64,000 nucleotides of DNA from an uncultured Bacilli bacterium (GTDB taxonomy: Bacteria > Bacillota_I > Bacilli_A > RF39 > UBA660): the NCBI GenBank assembly GCA_958421325.1, contig CATZLO010000001.1:7373-71372 (forward strand), written 5' to 3'. Below the pieces are notes generated by a model. That model worked only from the letters and a program-made list of their open reading frames with translations, had not been told where the DNA came from and searched no databases. Within the stretch, counting starts at the first letter, position 1; each line of letters opens with the position of its first letter. The position numbers and the translations under genes are program-made. This document shows positions 31,432-41,832 of this stretch, piece by piece.

Positions 31432-31571
31432 ATTTTAAAAAAAAAGTGAAAATAGTAATAAATTTTTACTTTTTTTTTGATTTTACGACAAAAAAATAGT
31501 TTTTTCGACAATATAATATTGTAGACTGATAGCAAAGCAAGTGAATTGCTTTTGAAAGGGGATTTAGGTTT

Positions 31572-32027
31572 ATGAAAGATTATGAAATTAATGATGAGAC
31601 ATTGGCAATTATGCCAGACGATTTATGGAATTCAATGGTTCTTGAGGATGACTATAAATATGAAGTTAATAAAACTCCTCTTGAAATACTTGATTATAGC
31701 TGTAAGTATTTTGGAAGCTCTTATCCTGGAAGAAAAGATGGTTCTAAAGATATTTTAAATAGCAGTTATAAATTACCAATATTAGTGGAGGATACAAGAA
31801 ATATAATATTTTTTCCTACTAGTAGTCCACTAGATGATAGTTGTATTTGGATTTCTTTAAGTAATATTAAGGATTATAAAAAGGTTGATAAAAATAAGAC
31901 AGAAATATTATTTAAAAATAAGAAAGTTATAATTGTAGATGTTTCATATTATTCTTTTAATAATCAAGTTATGAGAGCAAGTAGATTAGAATCTATCATT
32001 AGAACTAGAAAAGAAAAAGCAAAATAA
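31572..32027 (+). CDS. comK: ComK-family protein (competence transcription factor-like)
   Basis: YEINDETLAIMP...KTPLEILDYSCKYFGSSYPGRKDG...KLPILVEDTRNIIFFPTSSP...CIWISL...YYSFNNQVMRASRL parallels B. subtilis ComK (SYEVNGATIAVLP...RSCRFFGSSYAGRKAG...ISYNSFENQVYRTAWL). Confidence 0.75.
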   Translation: MKDYEINDETLAIMPDDLWNSMVLEDDYKYEVNKTPLEILDYSCKYFGSSYPGRKDGSKDILNSSYKLPILVEDTRNIIFFPTSSPLDDSCIWISLSNIKDYKKVDKNKTEILFKNKKVIIVDVSYYSFNNQVMRASRLESIIRTRKEKAK

Positions 32028-32040
32028 TTGCTTTTTTTCT
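32014..32040 (+). terminator. hairpin + T-run at end of comK-like gene
   Basis: AAAGCAA-AATAA-TTGCTTT followed by TTTTCT. Confidence 0.4.
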
Positions 32041-32135
32041 GTTTGTTTAGGGGTAAATATGATATAATATTCTTGCGTGTATAGGAGTACTAAAATAGGG
32101 TGTAGGTGATAATATGGTCATTTTGATGAGCAAAT

Positions 32136-33251
32136 ATGATAATTAGGTCATTAAAAGTTACGAATTTTCGTAATTATGATAGATTTAATATAACTTTAGG
32201 TGGTAAGATGAATATTTTTATCGGAAATAATGCTAGTGGTAAGACAAATATTTTAGAAGCTATCGCTATATTAGGACTTACTAAATCCTTTAGAAATGGA
32301 TTAGACTGTGATGTTATTAAGTTTAATAGGAAGAAGGCAGTTATAGAAGGTAGAGTCTTAAATAATAAGCAGATTAAAGACTTAAAGTTAGAATTTTTAG
32401 AGAAAGAAAAAGATATTTATGTTAATTCTAAAAAGGTTAAAAAGTATGCAGACTACATTTCTAATTTAAATATTATTGTTTTTACACCTAATGATTTAGA
32501 TATTATAAAGGGATCACCTAGTATTAGAAGAAATTTACTTAATGTGAGTTTGTCACAAATTTCTTATTCTTATTTAGTTACTTATAATGAATATAATAAA
32601 ATTTTAAAGACACGTAATGAATATCTTAAAATACTATTTACTAATGGGATAGCTGATAAGACTTATTTAGATGTTTTAACAGATAAGTTAGTAGAGAAAG
32701 CTGTTTTAATTTATCAAGAGAGATATAAGTATTTATCTTTAATTAATAGTTATATTAGTGATATTTATAATAGTATAACAGAGGATAAAAGGACATTAAA
32801 AATACAATATAGTTCTAATATATCTATTAGTTCTTATGAGGAAAAAGAATTAATAGAAGTTTTGATTAGTACTTACAAGAAAAATTATAGAAGAGAGTTA
32901 AATGCTGGAATGACTTTATTTGGACCTCATAGAGACGATTTTTATTTTATTATGGATAATAATATTGATATGAAGATTTATGCATCACAGGGACAACAAA
33001 AATGTGCTATATTAGCTTATAAACTTGCTTCTATTCCAATATTCAAAGAAAACAATGGAACGAATCCTGTACTTCTTTTAGATGATATTTTTAGTGAACT
33101 TGATTTAGCAAAAAGAAATAAGCTTTTAAAGTATATAAGTGAAGATATTCAGAGTATTATAACAACTACTGATTTAAAAAATATTTCCAAAAAAACTTTA
33201 GATAGTGCAATTATATTTAAAGTTAATAAAGGAAAAGTTGAAAGGAGTTAG
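32136..33251 (+). CDS. recF: DNA replication/repair protein RecF
   Basis: Walker A GNNASGKTN, 371 aa. Confidence 0.95.
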   Translation: MIIRSLKVTNFRNYDRFNITLGGKMNIFIGNNASGKTNILEAIAILGLTKSFRNGLDCDVIKFNRKKAVIEGRVLNNKQIKDLKLEFLEKEKDIYVNSKKVKKYADYISNLNIIVFTPNDLDIIKGSPSIRRNLLNVSLSQISYSYLVTYNEYNKILKTRNEYLKILFTNGIADKTYLDVLTDKLVEKAVLIYQERYKYLSLINSYISDIYNSITEDKRTLKIQYSSNISISSYEEKELIEVLISTYKKNYRRELNAGMTLFGPHRDDFYFIMDNNIDMKIYASQGQQKCAILAYKLASIPIFKENNGTNPVLLLDDIFSELDLAKRNKLLKYISEDIQSIITTTDLKNISKKTLDSAIIFKVNKGKVERS

Positions 33252-33254
33252 AAA

Positions 33255-35177
33255 ATGGAAGAGGAAGTTGAAAAAAATTATGATTCTTCAGCAATACAAG
33301 TCCTTGAAGGGTTGGAGGCTGTTAGAAAAAGACCTGGTATGTATATTGGATCTACTAGTTCTAGAGGACTTCATCATTTAGTTTGGGAAATAGTTGATAA
33401 TGCCATTGATGAAGCTTTAGCAGGGTATTGTACGCATATTGAAGTTACTATTAATAAAGACAATAGCATTACAGTAAAAGATGATGGTCGAGGTATTCCT
33501 GTTGATATTCATCCTAAAACAGGTAAGAGTACCGTTGAAACAGTTTATACAGTACTTCATGCTGGAGGAAAATTCGGTGGTGGTGGATATAAAGTATCAG
33601 GTGGACTTCATGGTGTTGGAGCGAGTGTTGTTAATGCATTATCTGATTGGTTAGAGGTTAAAGTGTATCGTGATGGTAAGGTATATTATCAAAGATACCA
33701 GACAGGTGGAAAGCCAGTTGAACCTTTAAAAGTAATTGGAGAGAGTGATAAAGGTAGGACAGGTACTACTGTTACATTTAAACCAGATGATCAAATATTT
33801 ACAGAAACTACTGTTTATGATTATGATATTTTAAAAATAAGACTTCGCGAGTTAGCATTCTTAAATAGAGGTCTTCGTATTACTTTATATGATGATAGAG
33901 AAGATCCTAAGAAAGATAGTTTTCATTATGAAGGTGGGATTCGTGAATATGTAGAGATGCTTAATAAGAATAAAAATCCAATTCATGCTACAATTATTGA
34001 TGTAACTGGGATTATGAATGATATTTCAGTTGAAGTGGCTCTACAATATAATGAATCTTATAATGCAGCGATTTATTCATTTGTTAATAATATTACAACA
34101 CCAGAAGGTGGTACTCATGAAGATGGAGTAAGACGTGCCTTAACTAGAGTTTTAAATAAATATGCTGTTAATCATAATCTTTTAAAAGATAAAGATGATT
34201 CTTTAAGCGGGGATGATGTTAAAGAAGGTATTACGATGATAATATCTGTAAAACATCCTAATCCACAATTTGAAGGTCAGACTAAGACTAAACTTGGTAA
34301 TAGTGAGGTTAGGGGAATTGCTGATAAAATATTTTCAGAGCATTTTGAGAGATTTTTATTAGAACATCCTGATGAAGCGAAGATTCTTATAGAAAAGTGT
34401 ATAACGGCTTCTAGAGCACGTGTTGCGGCGAAAAAAGCAAGGGAGTTAACTCGTCGTAAGGGCGATCTTGATATGACTAATGTATGGGGTAAACTTAATG
34501 ATTGTAAAAGCAAAGACGCTTCAGAGTGTGAAATATTTTTAGTTGAGGGGGATTCTGCTGGCGGGTCTGCTATTAAAGGAAGAAATAGTATGACACAAGC
34601 GATTTTACCTTTACGTGGTAAGATTTTGAATGTAGAGAAGGCAAGGCTTGATAGAGCTTTATCTAATGAAGAAATTAGAACAATTATAACAGCTTTTGGT
34701 ACTGGAATAGGAGAAGAATTTGATATTTCTAAACTTCGTTATAATAAGATTATTATAATGACAGATGCTGATGTTGATGGTTCACATATTAGAGTTTTAC
34801 TTCTAACACTTTTTTATCGTTTTTTTAAACCTATTATTGAAGAAGGTCATGTATATGCTGCTCAACCTCCATTGTATAGAATTACTCATGGTAAGATGCG
34901 CAAGTATGTTTTAGATGAAGCAGAACGCGCTGAATATTTAGCAACTCTTTCGCCAACTACTAAATATGAAATAACACGTATGAAGGGTTTAGGAGAGATG
35001 GATGCAGAAGAGTTAAATGAGACGACTATGGATATTAATAAACGTATTTTAAGACAGATTACAATAGATGATGCAGTAGCAGCAGATGAAGTGTTTTCTG
35101 AGCTTATGGGTGAAGAAGTAGCACCACGTCGTGAATTTATTGAGAAAAATGCATCTTATGCAACGTTAGATGTTTAG
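33255..35177 (+). CDS. gyrB: DNA gyrase subunit B
   Basis: GHKL ATPase, Toprim, 640 aa. Confidence 0.97.
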   Translation: MEEEVEKNYDSSAIQVLEGLEAVRKRPGMYIGSTSSRGLHHLVWEIVDNAIDEALAGYCTHIEVTINKDNSITVKDDGRGIPVDIHPKTGKSTVETVYTVLHAGGKFGGGGYKVSGGLHGVGASVVNALSDWLEVKVYRDGKVYYQRYQTGGKPVEPLKVIGESDKGRTGTTVTFKPDDQIFTETTVYDYDILKIRLRELAFLNRGLRITLYDDREDPKKDSFHYEGGIREYVEMLNKNKNPIHATIIDVTGIMNDISVEVALQYNESYNAAIYSFVNNITTPEGGTHEDGVRRALTRVLNKYAVNHNLLKDKDDSLSGDDVKEGITMIISVKHPNPQFEGQTKTKLGNSEVRGIADKIFSEHFERFLLEHPDEAKILIEKCITASRARVAAKKARELTRRKGDLDMTNVWGKLNDCKSKDASECEIFLVEGDSAGGSAIKGRNSMTQAILPLRGKILNVEKARLDRALSNEEIRTIITAFGTGIGEEFDISKLRYNKIIIMTDADVDGSHIRVLLLTLFYRFFKPIIEEGHVYAAQPPLYRITHGKMRKYVLDEAERAEYLATLSPTTKYEITRMKGLGEMDAEELNETTMDINKRILRQITIDDAVAADEVFSELMGEEVAPRREFIEKNASYATLDV

Positions 35178-35190
35178 GAGGTAAGTGGTT

Positions 35191-37635
35191 ATGGATAGAT
35201 TAGAACAAAATAATATAGTAAAAGAGGTTAAAGATTCTTTTCTTGATTATTCAATGAGTGTTATTACAGCAAGGGCAATTCCTGATTTAAGAGATGGTTT
35301 AAAGCCTGTTCATCGTAGAATTCTATATTCTATGTTTGAATCAGGTTATACTCCTGATAAGCCTCATAGAAAAAGTGCTAAGACTGTAGGTGAGGTTATG
35401 GGTAATTACCATCCTCATGGTGATAGTTCTATTTATGAAGCGATGGTTAGAATGGCTCAAGATTTTTCTTATAGATATATGTTAATTGATGGTCATGGTA
35501 ATTTTGGTAATATTGAAGGCTATGGAGCAGCAGCGATGCGTTATACTGAGTCAAGATTATCAAAAATTTCTCTTGAACTTTTAAGAAATATTAATAAAAA
35601 TACAGTTGATTTTGAACCAAATTTTGATGAGTCTTCTAAAGAACCTAAGGTTCTACCTTCAAGATTTCCTAATATTTTGGTTAATGGTACTACTGGTATT
35701 GCTGTTGGTATGGCTACTAATATTCCTCCTCATAATTTGAAAGAAGTAATAGATGGTTGCGTTGCTTATATTGATAATCCTGATATTGATGTTGATGGTT
35801 TAATGCAATATATTAAAGGTCCAGATTTTCCAACTGGTGCTTCAATACTTGGAAATAGTGGAATTAAAAAGGCTTATGAGACTGGTAGAGGAACTATTAC
35901 TATTAGAAGTAAAGCTCAAATAGAAGAGAAGAATGGTAGACAATATATAATTATTGATGAAGTTCCTTATGGTGTTAATACTTCTGAATTAAAAAATAAA
36001 GTTGCAGAACTTGTTCATAATAAGATAATAGAAGGTATTTCTGATTATCATTCTGATTTAAAGGATGGTATTAAGATAACTATTACGTTGAAGAAGGATG
36101 CAAATGCACAAGTTGTGTTAAATAAACTTTATAAGCATACACAATTTCAAACTAGTTATGGAATAATTTTCTTAATGCTAGACCAAGGTGTTCCTAAAAC
36201 ATTAGGTTTAAAGGATATTATTTCAAAATATATTGATTTCCAAAGAGAAATTATTATTAGAAGAACTAAATTTGATTTAGATAATGCTGAAAAACGAGTT
36301 CATATATTAGAAGGTTTAAAGATTGCATTAGATCATATTGATGAAGTAATTAAGTTAATTAGAAGTTCTAAATCTGATGAAGAGGCTAGAGGTGGCTTAA
36401 TGAGTAAGTTTGGATTAACAGAAATACAAGCAAATGCTATCTTAGAGATGAAACTTAGAAGATTAACTGGATTAGAAAGAGAAAAAATCGAAAATGAACT
36501 TAATGATTTACTAGATTTAATTGCAAAGTTAAAGGATATTTTAAGTAGTGATGCGAAGATTCTTAATGTTATAAAGACAGAACTTTTAGAGATTAAAGAT
36601 AAATATGGCGATGATAGAAGGACAAATATTGATATGACAGCAATTGAGTATATTGAAGATGAATCTTTGATTCCTGTTGAAGATGTTATTGTAACATTAA
36701 CTAATAAAGGTTATATAAAGAGATTAAGAGCAGATACTTATAAGAGTCAAAATCGTGGTGGAGTTGGAATTAAAGGTATGACAACTAACGAAGAGGATTT
36801 TGTAAAGCATTTAATTTTAATGAAAACACATGATTATATTTTATTTTTCTCTAATAAGGGCAGAGTATATAGGCTTAAAGGATATGAGATTCCAGAATAT
36901 AGTCGTCAATCTAAAGGACTACCTATTGTTAATTTATTATCTCTAGAGAGTAGTGAGAACATTAGTTCGATAGTTTGTTTAGATCCTTCTGTGGAAAACT
37001 ATAGATATTTACTTTTTGTTTCTAGAAATGGTCTTGTAAAACGTACAGAAATAAAGGAATTTGATAATATTCGTAGAAGTGGAAAAATTGCAATTGTACT
37101 GAAAGATAATGATGAGCTAATAGTTGTGGATAAAACTACTGGTGATGATGAAGTAATTATTGGTTCTAGCAACGGAAGAATGGTAAGATTTGTGGAAAAT
37201 GAAATACGTTCTATGGGTCGTGGTACTTCTGGAGTTAAAGGAATTGATCTTGATGGTAGTGTGGTTGTTGGTGCTAATGTTGTAACTAGAGATCAAGAAG
37301 TTTTAATTGTTACTGAGAATGGTTATGGTAAGAAAACAAATATAGATGAATATAGATTAACTCATAGAGGTAGTAAAGGTGTTAAAGCTTTAAATATGAC
37401 AGATAAAAATGGCTCTATGGTTTCTTTAAATTGTGTTAATGCAAATGAAAATACTAGAAAAGATGTAATGATTATTACGAATAGTGGTGTTGTTATGAGA
37501 ATGCCAATGGAACAAATATCTACTTTAAAAAGAGCAACGCAAGGAGTTAGGTTAATTCAGTTAAAAGATGAACAGAAGGTTGCAACCGTAACTGTTGTGG
37601 ATAAAGATGAAGAAGAAGATACTAATGAAGAGTAA
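35191..37635 (+). CDS. gyrA: DNA gyrase subunit A
   Basis: ATG at 35191 after AGGAGG; QRDR region with catalytic Tyr ([10 protein letters not shown]), C-terminal beta-pinwheel repeats. Confidence 0.97.
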   Translation: MDRLEQNNIVKEVKDSFLDYSMSVITARAIPDLRDGLKPVHRRILYSMFESGYTPDKPHRKSAKTVGEVMGNYHPHGDSSIYEAMVRMAQDFSYRYMLIDGHGNFGNIEGYGAAAMRYTESRLSKISLELLRNINKNTVDFEPNFDESSKEPKVLPSRFPNILVNGTTGIAVGMATNIPPHNLKEVIDGCVAYIDNPDIDVDGLMQYIKGPDFPTGASILGNSGIKKAYETGRGTITIRSKAQIEEKNGRQYIIIDEVPYGVNTSELKNKVAELVHNKIIEGISDYHSDLKDGIKITITLKKDANAQVVLNKLYKHTQFQTSYGIIFLMLDQGVPKTLGLKDIISKYIDFQREIIIRRTKFDLDNAEKRVHILEGLKIALDHIDEVIKLIRSSKSDEEARGGLMSKFGLTEIQANAILEMKLRRLTGLEREKIENELNDLLDLIAKLKDILSSDAKILNVIKTELLEIKDKYGDDRRTNIDMTAIEYIEDESLIPVEDVIVTLTNKGYIKRLRADTYKSQNRGGVGIKGMTTNEEDFVKHLILMKTHDYILFFSNKGRVYRLKGYEIPEYSRQSKGLPIVNLLSLESSENISSIVCLDPSVENYRYLLFVSRNGLVKRTEIKEFDNIRRSGKIAIVLKDNDELIVVDKTTGDDEVIIGSSNGRMVRFVENEIRSMGRGTSGVKGIDLDGSVVVGANVVTRDQEVLIVTENGYGKKTNIDEYRLTHRGSKGVKALNMTDKNGSMVSLNCVNANENTRKDVMIITNSGVVMRMPMEQISTLKRATQGVRLIQLKDEQKVATVTVVDKDEEEDTNEE

Positions 37636-37679
37636 CTTCTTTTTTTATAATATATTATTATAAAGTATTCTTTCTGTAG

Positions 37680-38330
37680 CTTTTTTAGCGATCATATATA
37701 AGGTTTCATGTGAAACATATAGAGAAAGAGAGTAAAACTATATAGAGAAGCATTAGAATTATTTCCCGGGAAATAATTTATAGAGGGTTGTTAAAGAAGT
37801 TTTTTTAGTGATTATATACAATGCTCTACGTGAAACATATAAAGAAAGAGAGGAAAACTATATAGAGAAGTATTAGAATTATTTCCCGGGAAATAATTTA
37901 TAGAGGATTGTTAAAGAAGTTTCTTTAGTGATTATATACAATGTTCCACGTGAAACATATAAAGAAAGGGAGGAAAACTATATGAAAAGCATTAGAATTA
38001 TTTCCCGGGAAATAATTTATAAAGAATTGCTTAAGTAGTTTTTTAGTAATTATATAAAAGGTTTCACGGAAACATATAGAGAAAGAGAGGAAAACTATAT
38101 AGAGAAGTATTAGAATTATTTCCCGGGAAATAATTTATAGAGGATTGTTAAAGAAGTTTCTTTAGTGATTATATACAATGTTCTACGTGAAACATATAAA
38201 GAAAGAGAGGAAAACTATATGAAAATCATTAGAATTATTTCCCGGGAAATAATTTATAAAGAATTGCTTAAGTAGTTTCTTTAGTGATTATATACAATGT
38301 TCCACGTGGAACATATAAAGAAAAAACTTG
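37680..38330. repeat. tandem array of about 5.5 copies of a ~120-bp unit, each with perfect 22-bp palindrome AATTATTTCCCGGGAAATAATT
   Basis: Units start near 37680, 37801, 37921, 38038, 38157, 38277 (partial); two alternating unit variants; each has the imperfect inverted repeat GTTTCA(c/t)GTGAAAC and a promoter-like TTGTTA-N17-ATTATA. Confidence 0.9.
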
Positions 38331-38356
38331 AAAAAATTAGATTTCTTTTGTATAAT
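38327..38356 (+). promoter_or_regulatory. consensus sigma70-type promoter TTGAAA-N17-TATAAT
   Basis: TTGAAA at 38327-38332, TATAAT at 38351-38356, immediately upstream of SRP RNA candidate. Confidence 0.55.
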
Positions 38357-38362
38357 TCTAAT

Positions 38363-38440
38363 GTGCAATAAATTATTTTGGAACCAGGTTAGGATGGAAA
38401 CGTAGCAGCCTTAACAATTTAATTTATGTGCACTTTTTTT
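38363..38440 (+). ncRNA. ffs: small (4.5S-type) signal recognition particle RNA with terminator
   Basis: CCAGGUUAGGAUGGAAACGUAGCAGCC matches SRP RNA domain IV consensus (E. coli CCAGGUCAGGUCCGGAAGGAAGCAGCC); 5'/3' ends GUGCAAUAAAUUA...UAAUUUAUGUGCAC pair; followed by T7 run; located just before tadA-dnaX as scr is in Bacillus. Confidence 0.6.
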
Positions 38441-38464
38441 ATACTATAAAAAGGAGTTTGATGT

Positions 38465-38923
38465 ATGAATGAATATAAATATATGTTATTGGCTATAGAA
38501 GAGGCAAAAAAAGCATATTATAAAGATGAAGTCCCAGTTGGTGCTGTTATTGTTCAAAATGGAGAGATAATTTCTTCTGCACATAATGCGAAAGAAGAAC
38601 ATCAATGTTCTCTTGAACATGCAGAACTAATTGCTATCAAAAATGCTTGCAAAAGGAATAATAACTGGAGGTTAACTGGTTCTGTAATATATATTACATT
38701 AGAACCATGTCCTATGTGTGCTAGTGCTATTAAACAATCTAGAATTAATAAAATTGTGTATTTATTAGATAATAATAATGAAAATTCACGAAGAATTGTT
38801 AATGATATTCTAAATTCGAAAGACGCTAATATGCCTGTGGAAAAAGTAAAATTGGATATTTCAAAGTTTGAAATTGATGATGTAGAAATGTTAAGTCATT
38901 TTTTTAAAAATAAACGCTATTGA
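38465..38923 (+). CDS. tadA: tRNA-specific adenosine deaminase
   Basis: HAE...PCPMC zinc-binding motifs of CDA superfamily, conserved position before dnaX. Confidence 0.85.
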   Translation: MNEYKYMLLAIEEAKKAYYKDEVPVGAVIVQNGEIISSAHNAKEEHQCSLEHAELIAIKNACKRNNNWRLTGSVIYITLEPCPMCASAIKQSRINKIVYLLDNNNENSRRIVNDILNSKDANMPVEKVKLDISKFEIDDVEMLSHFFKNKRY

Positions 38924-38993
38924 ACAAATGTTTTGTATGTTATTTTTTTCTTTTGTTTGTTATACTAGTTGTGTTTAGTGAGGTGAGAACATT

Positions 38994-40685
38994 ATGTATC
39001 AGGCTTTATATCGTAAATATAGACCTACTGCTTTTGATGATGTTGTTGGACAAAATGTTGTAGTTAACACTTTAAAAAATGCTATTAGATATAATCACAT
39101 AAGTCACGCTTATTTGTTTTCTGGACCTAGGGGGACCGGTAAGACTACAATTGCTAAGATATTTGCTAGATCTGTTAATTGTTTAGAGTCCGTTGATGGT
39201 GTTGCCTGTGGAAAATGTAGTAGCTGTTTATATTCTTTTTCAAAAGAATGTATGGATATTATCGAAATAGATGCTGCTTCTAATAATGGAGTTGATGAAA
39301 TAAGGGAACTTCGTAGCAAAGTTAATATCTTACCTAGTGAATTAAAATATAAAGTATATATTATAGATGAGGTCCATATGTTATCAATTGGTGCTTTTAA
39401 TGCTTTACTTAAAACTATTGAAGAGCCTCCAGAACATGTTATTTTTATATTAGCAACTACGGATCCACAAAAGATACCTGCAACAATTATATCTAGATGC
39501 CAATGGTATTCTTTTAAAAAGATTAGTAATGATGATATGAAGAGAAGATTATCAGAAATAGTTAATGCTGAAAATATTTTAATTGAAGATAAAGTTCTTG
39601 ATAAGATTGCTCAGGCTTCTGATGGTGGCCTTCGTGATGCAATTGGCCTTCTTGATAAATTAAGGGCTTATTGTACTGATCATATTACTTTGGATGACTT
39701 TTATGAAATAAATGGTGAAGTTAATGATGAAGAATTAAAAAAACTTGAAAATTTAATATTTTCTTTTGAAATAAGTGATGTTCTTTCAACAATTGAAAAA
39801 TATTATCAGAATGGTAAAAATTTAATACAGGTAGTTAAACAATTAATGATTCTTATAAAAGATGAGCTTTTTGATTACTATTTAAATAATTTTTTACCTT
39901 CTTTTGATGAAGAAGAACTTGTGAATTTTCTTAATTTATTAAATGAACATCTTGTAGAGTTAAAAAAAGCAGATGATGTTAGATTATCAATTGAAATATT
40001 TTTGTTGCATTATATTAACGAAAATAGAAATAAAAATTCTAAAACTGATGTTGATAGTAAAGCAACTATTAATGATGAAAAAAAATTTTCTTATGTAAGA
40101 ACTGAAAAAGAAGAAAATAGCATATCCACAGGTACTGTGGATAAACAAAAAGATGAAAAGAAGATATCAACAGCTACTGTTAAAAAAAATAATGAACAAT
40201 TTGCTAAATATAGAGAATTGATGTTGATAAGAAGTAAGAATACAATGATAGAAGCAGTTAAAGATGAACTTAATAAAGAAACAGTGAATTTAAAAAAAAT
40301 TAGTGATTATACATTTGATCCTAATAATGGCTATCTTGCATGTGAACTTTTAGATGGTAAGATTAGAGCGTCAAGTTCTAAAAATATTGTTATAAGTTAT
40401 GATTATGAAGGTATGGTTGATAAGTTAAGTAACCATTTTGATAAGTTAAATGACTTTTATAATGAAAAAACGGGCTCGTCTAAAAAAATTGCTTTTATTA
40501 CTACTATGAAATGGAATGAATTGAAGTCAGAATATATTAATTTACATAAACAAGGTAAGCAATTTGAATATCAAGAGGAACCTATATTGAATACTTTAGA
40601 AGAAAATGTTAAAATAAATAATGAATCTAACAATTTGATAAGTGAAGCAATTGAGATGTTTGGAGATTTAGTCGAAGTTGAATAG
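38994..40685 (+). CDS. dnaX: DNA polymerase III subunit gamma/tau
   Basis: Walker A GPRGTGKTT, zinc module CGKCSSC. Confidence 0.95.
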   Translation: MYQALYRKYRPTAFDDVVGQNVVVNTLKNAIRYNHISHAYLFSGPRGTGKTTIAKIFARSVNCLESVDGVACGKCSSCLYSFSKECMDIIEIDAASNNGVDEIRELRSKVNILPSELKYKVYIIDEVHMLSIGAFNALLKTIEEPPEHVIFILATTDPQKIPATIISRCQWYSFKKISNDDMKRRLSEIVNAENILIEDKVLDKIAQASDGGLRDAIGLLDKLRAYCTDHITLDDFYEINGEVNDEELKKLENLIFSFEISDVLSTIEKYYQNGKNLIQVVKQLMILIKDELFDYYLNNFLPSFDEEELVNFLNLLNEHLVELKKADDVRLSIEIFLLHYINENRNKNSKTDVDSKATINDEKKFSYVRTEKEENSISTGTVDKQKDEKKISTATVKKNNEQFAKYRELMLIRSKNTMIEAVKDELNKETVNLKKISDYTFDPNNGYLACELLDGKIRASSSKNIVISYDYEGMVDKLSNHFDKLNDFYNEKTGSSKKIAFITTMKWNELKSEYINLHKQGKQFEYQEEPILNTLEENVKINNESNNLISEAIEMFGDLVEVE

Positions 40686-40699
40686 AAAGAAGGAATATT

Positions 40700-40996
40700 A
40701 TGAATATACAAGCAATGATGAAACAAGCACAAAAATTACAAAGTGATATGATGAAGGTGAAAGATGAAATTGAAAAGATGGAGTTTTCTTGCACTAATGG
40801 TTTAGTAACAATTAAAGTTAATGGAAAAAAAGAAGTGATTGATGTAAAAATAGTTAATGATTCTGATTTTTCAAATGATGATTTAGAGATGCTTCAAGAC
40901 ATGATAGAGATTGCTATAAATGATGCGATGAAGCAAGTTGATAAAGTAACAGAAGAGAAGATGGGACGCTTTAGTTCTATACCCGGGTTATTTTAA
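40700..40996 (+). CDS. ybaB: nucleoid-associated protein YbaB/EbfC
   Basis: 98 aa, MMKQAQKLQ...GLVTIKVNGKKEV pattern. Confidence 0.9.
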   Translation: MNIQAMMKQAQKLQSDMMKVKDEIEKMEFSCTNGLVTIKVNGKKEVIDVKIVNDSDFSNDDLEMLQDMIEIAINDAMKQVDKVTEEKMGRFSSIPGLF

Positions 40997-41592
40997 TGTA
41001 TCCTGATAGTTTAAAAAATTTAATAGAGAGCTTTGAAAATTTTCCAGGAGTGGGTGAGAAAACTGCTGAACGTATGGCTTTTTTTGTGCTTAGTTTTGAT
41101 GAAGATAAATTTAAATTATTACAGGAAAATTTGAAGGAGGTTAAGGAATATATACATCCATGCAAAATATGTAATACACTTACTGATAAAGATGAATGTA
41201 CTATATGTGTTTCTGAGTTGAGAGATAAAGGTACTATTTTAGTAGTAGAGGATTCTAAGATTGTGTTCTTATTTGAAAAATTAGGTACTTATAAAGGATT
41301 ATATCATGTTATTAACGGCCTTATTTCACCTCTTGATGATATTAACCCAGAAGATATAGGTCTTGATAAATTATTAGATAGAGTTAAAGATGAAAATATA
41401 GAAGAAGTAATACTCGCTTTGAAACCTAGTGTTGAGGGAGAAATAACTTCTTTATATATAAAAAAAATATTAGAAGGAATGAATATTGTTGTTTCTCGTC
41501 TTGCTAGTGGTGTACCTATAGGAGCTGATATGGAATATATAGATGCTCTTACTTTGGAAAGGGCTTTATGTGATAGAAAAGAACTTTCATAA
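40996..41592 (+). CDS. recR: recombination protein RecR
   Basis: HhH, C4 zinc finger CKICNTLTDKDECTIC, Toprim. Confidence 0.95.
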   Translation: MYPDSLKNLIESFENFPGVGEKTAERMAFFVLSFDEDKFKLLQENLKEVKEYIHPCKICNTLTDKDECTICVSELRDKGTILVVEDSKIVFLFEKLGTYKGLYHVINGLISPLDDINPEDIGLDKLLDRVKDENIEEVILALKPSVEGEITSLYIKKILEGMNIVVSRLASGVPIGADMEYIDALTLERALCDRKELS

Positions 41593-41631
41593 TTATTTTT
41601 ACTTTTTCATATATTTTATTAGGTGAAAACT

Positions 41632-41829
41632 ATGAAGCAAATTATGAAGAAAGTATGGCATGTTTTACAGAAGATAATTATTAGTACGTTTGTACTATAT
41701 GGTTATAATTTAATTGCAACTAGATTTAATTTGATTATTCCTATTAATATTATTACAGTAGGTTCTGTTAGTTTACTAGGATTTCCAATGCTTTTTGTTT
41801 TGGTTTTATTAAAAGTATTAATGTTTTAA
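41632..41829 (+). CDS. BofA-like small membrane protein (pro-sigmaK processing inhibitor family)
   Basis: IPINIITVGSVSLLGFPMLFVLVLLK parallels BofA VPINLVTTAISGILGIPGIAALVVIK; located after recR as bofA in B. subtilis; ATG at 41632 after AGGTGA. Confidence 0.55.
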   Translation: MKQIMKKVWHVLQKIIISTFVLYGYNLIATRFNLIIPINIITVGSVSLLGFPMLFVLVLLKVLMF

Positions 41830-41832
41830 GAG

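Noticed and set aside
34277-34513. 78-aa antisense ORF in gyrB
   Set aside because: Antisense to an essential conserved gene.
37680-38330. Possible CRISPR array
   Set aside because: Whole 120-bp units are homologous to each other. There are no short conserved repeats separated by unique spacers and no cas genes nearby.
39110-41165. Short minus-strand ORFs overlapping dnaX and recR
   Set aside because: Antisense to conserved genes, no translation signals.
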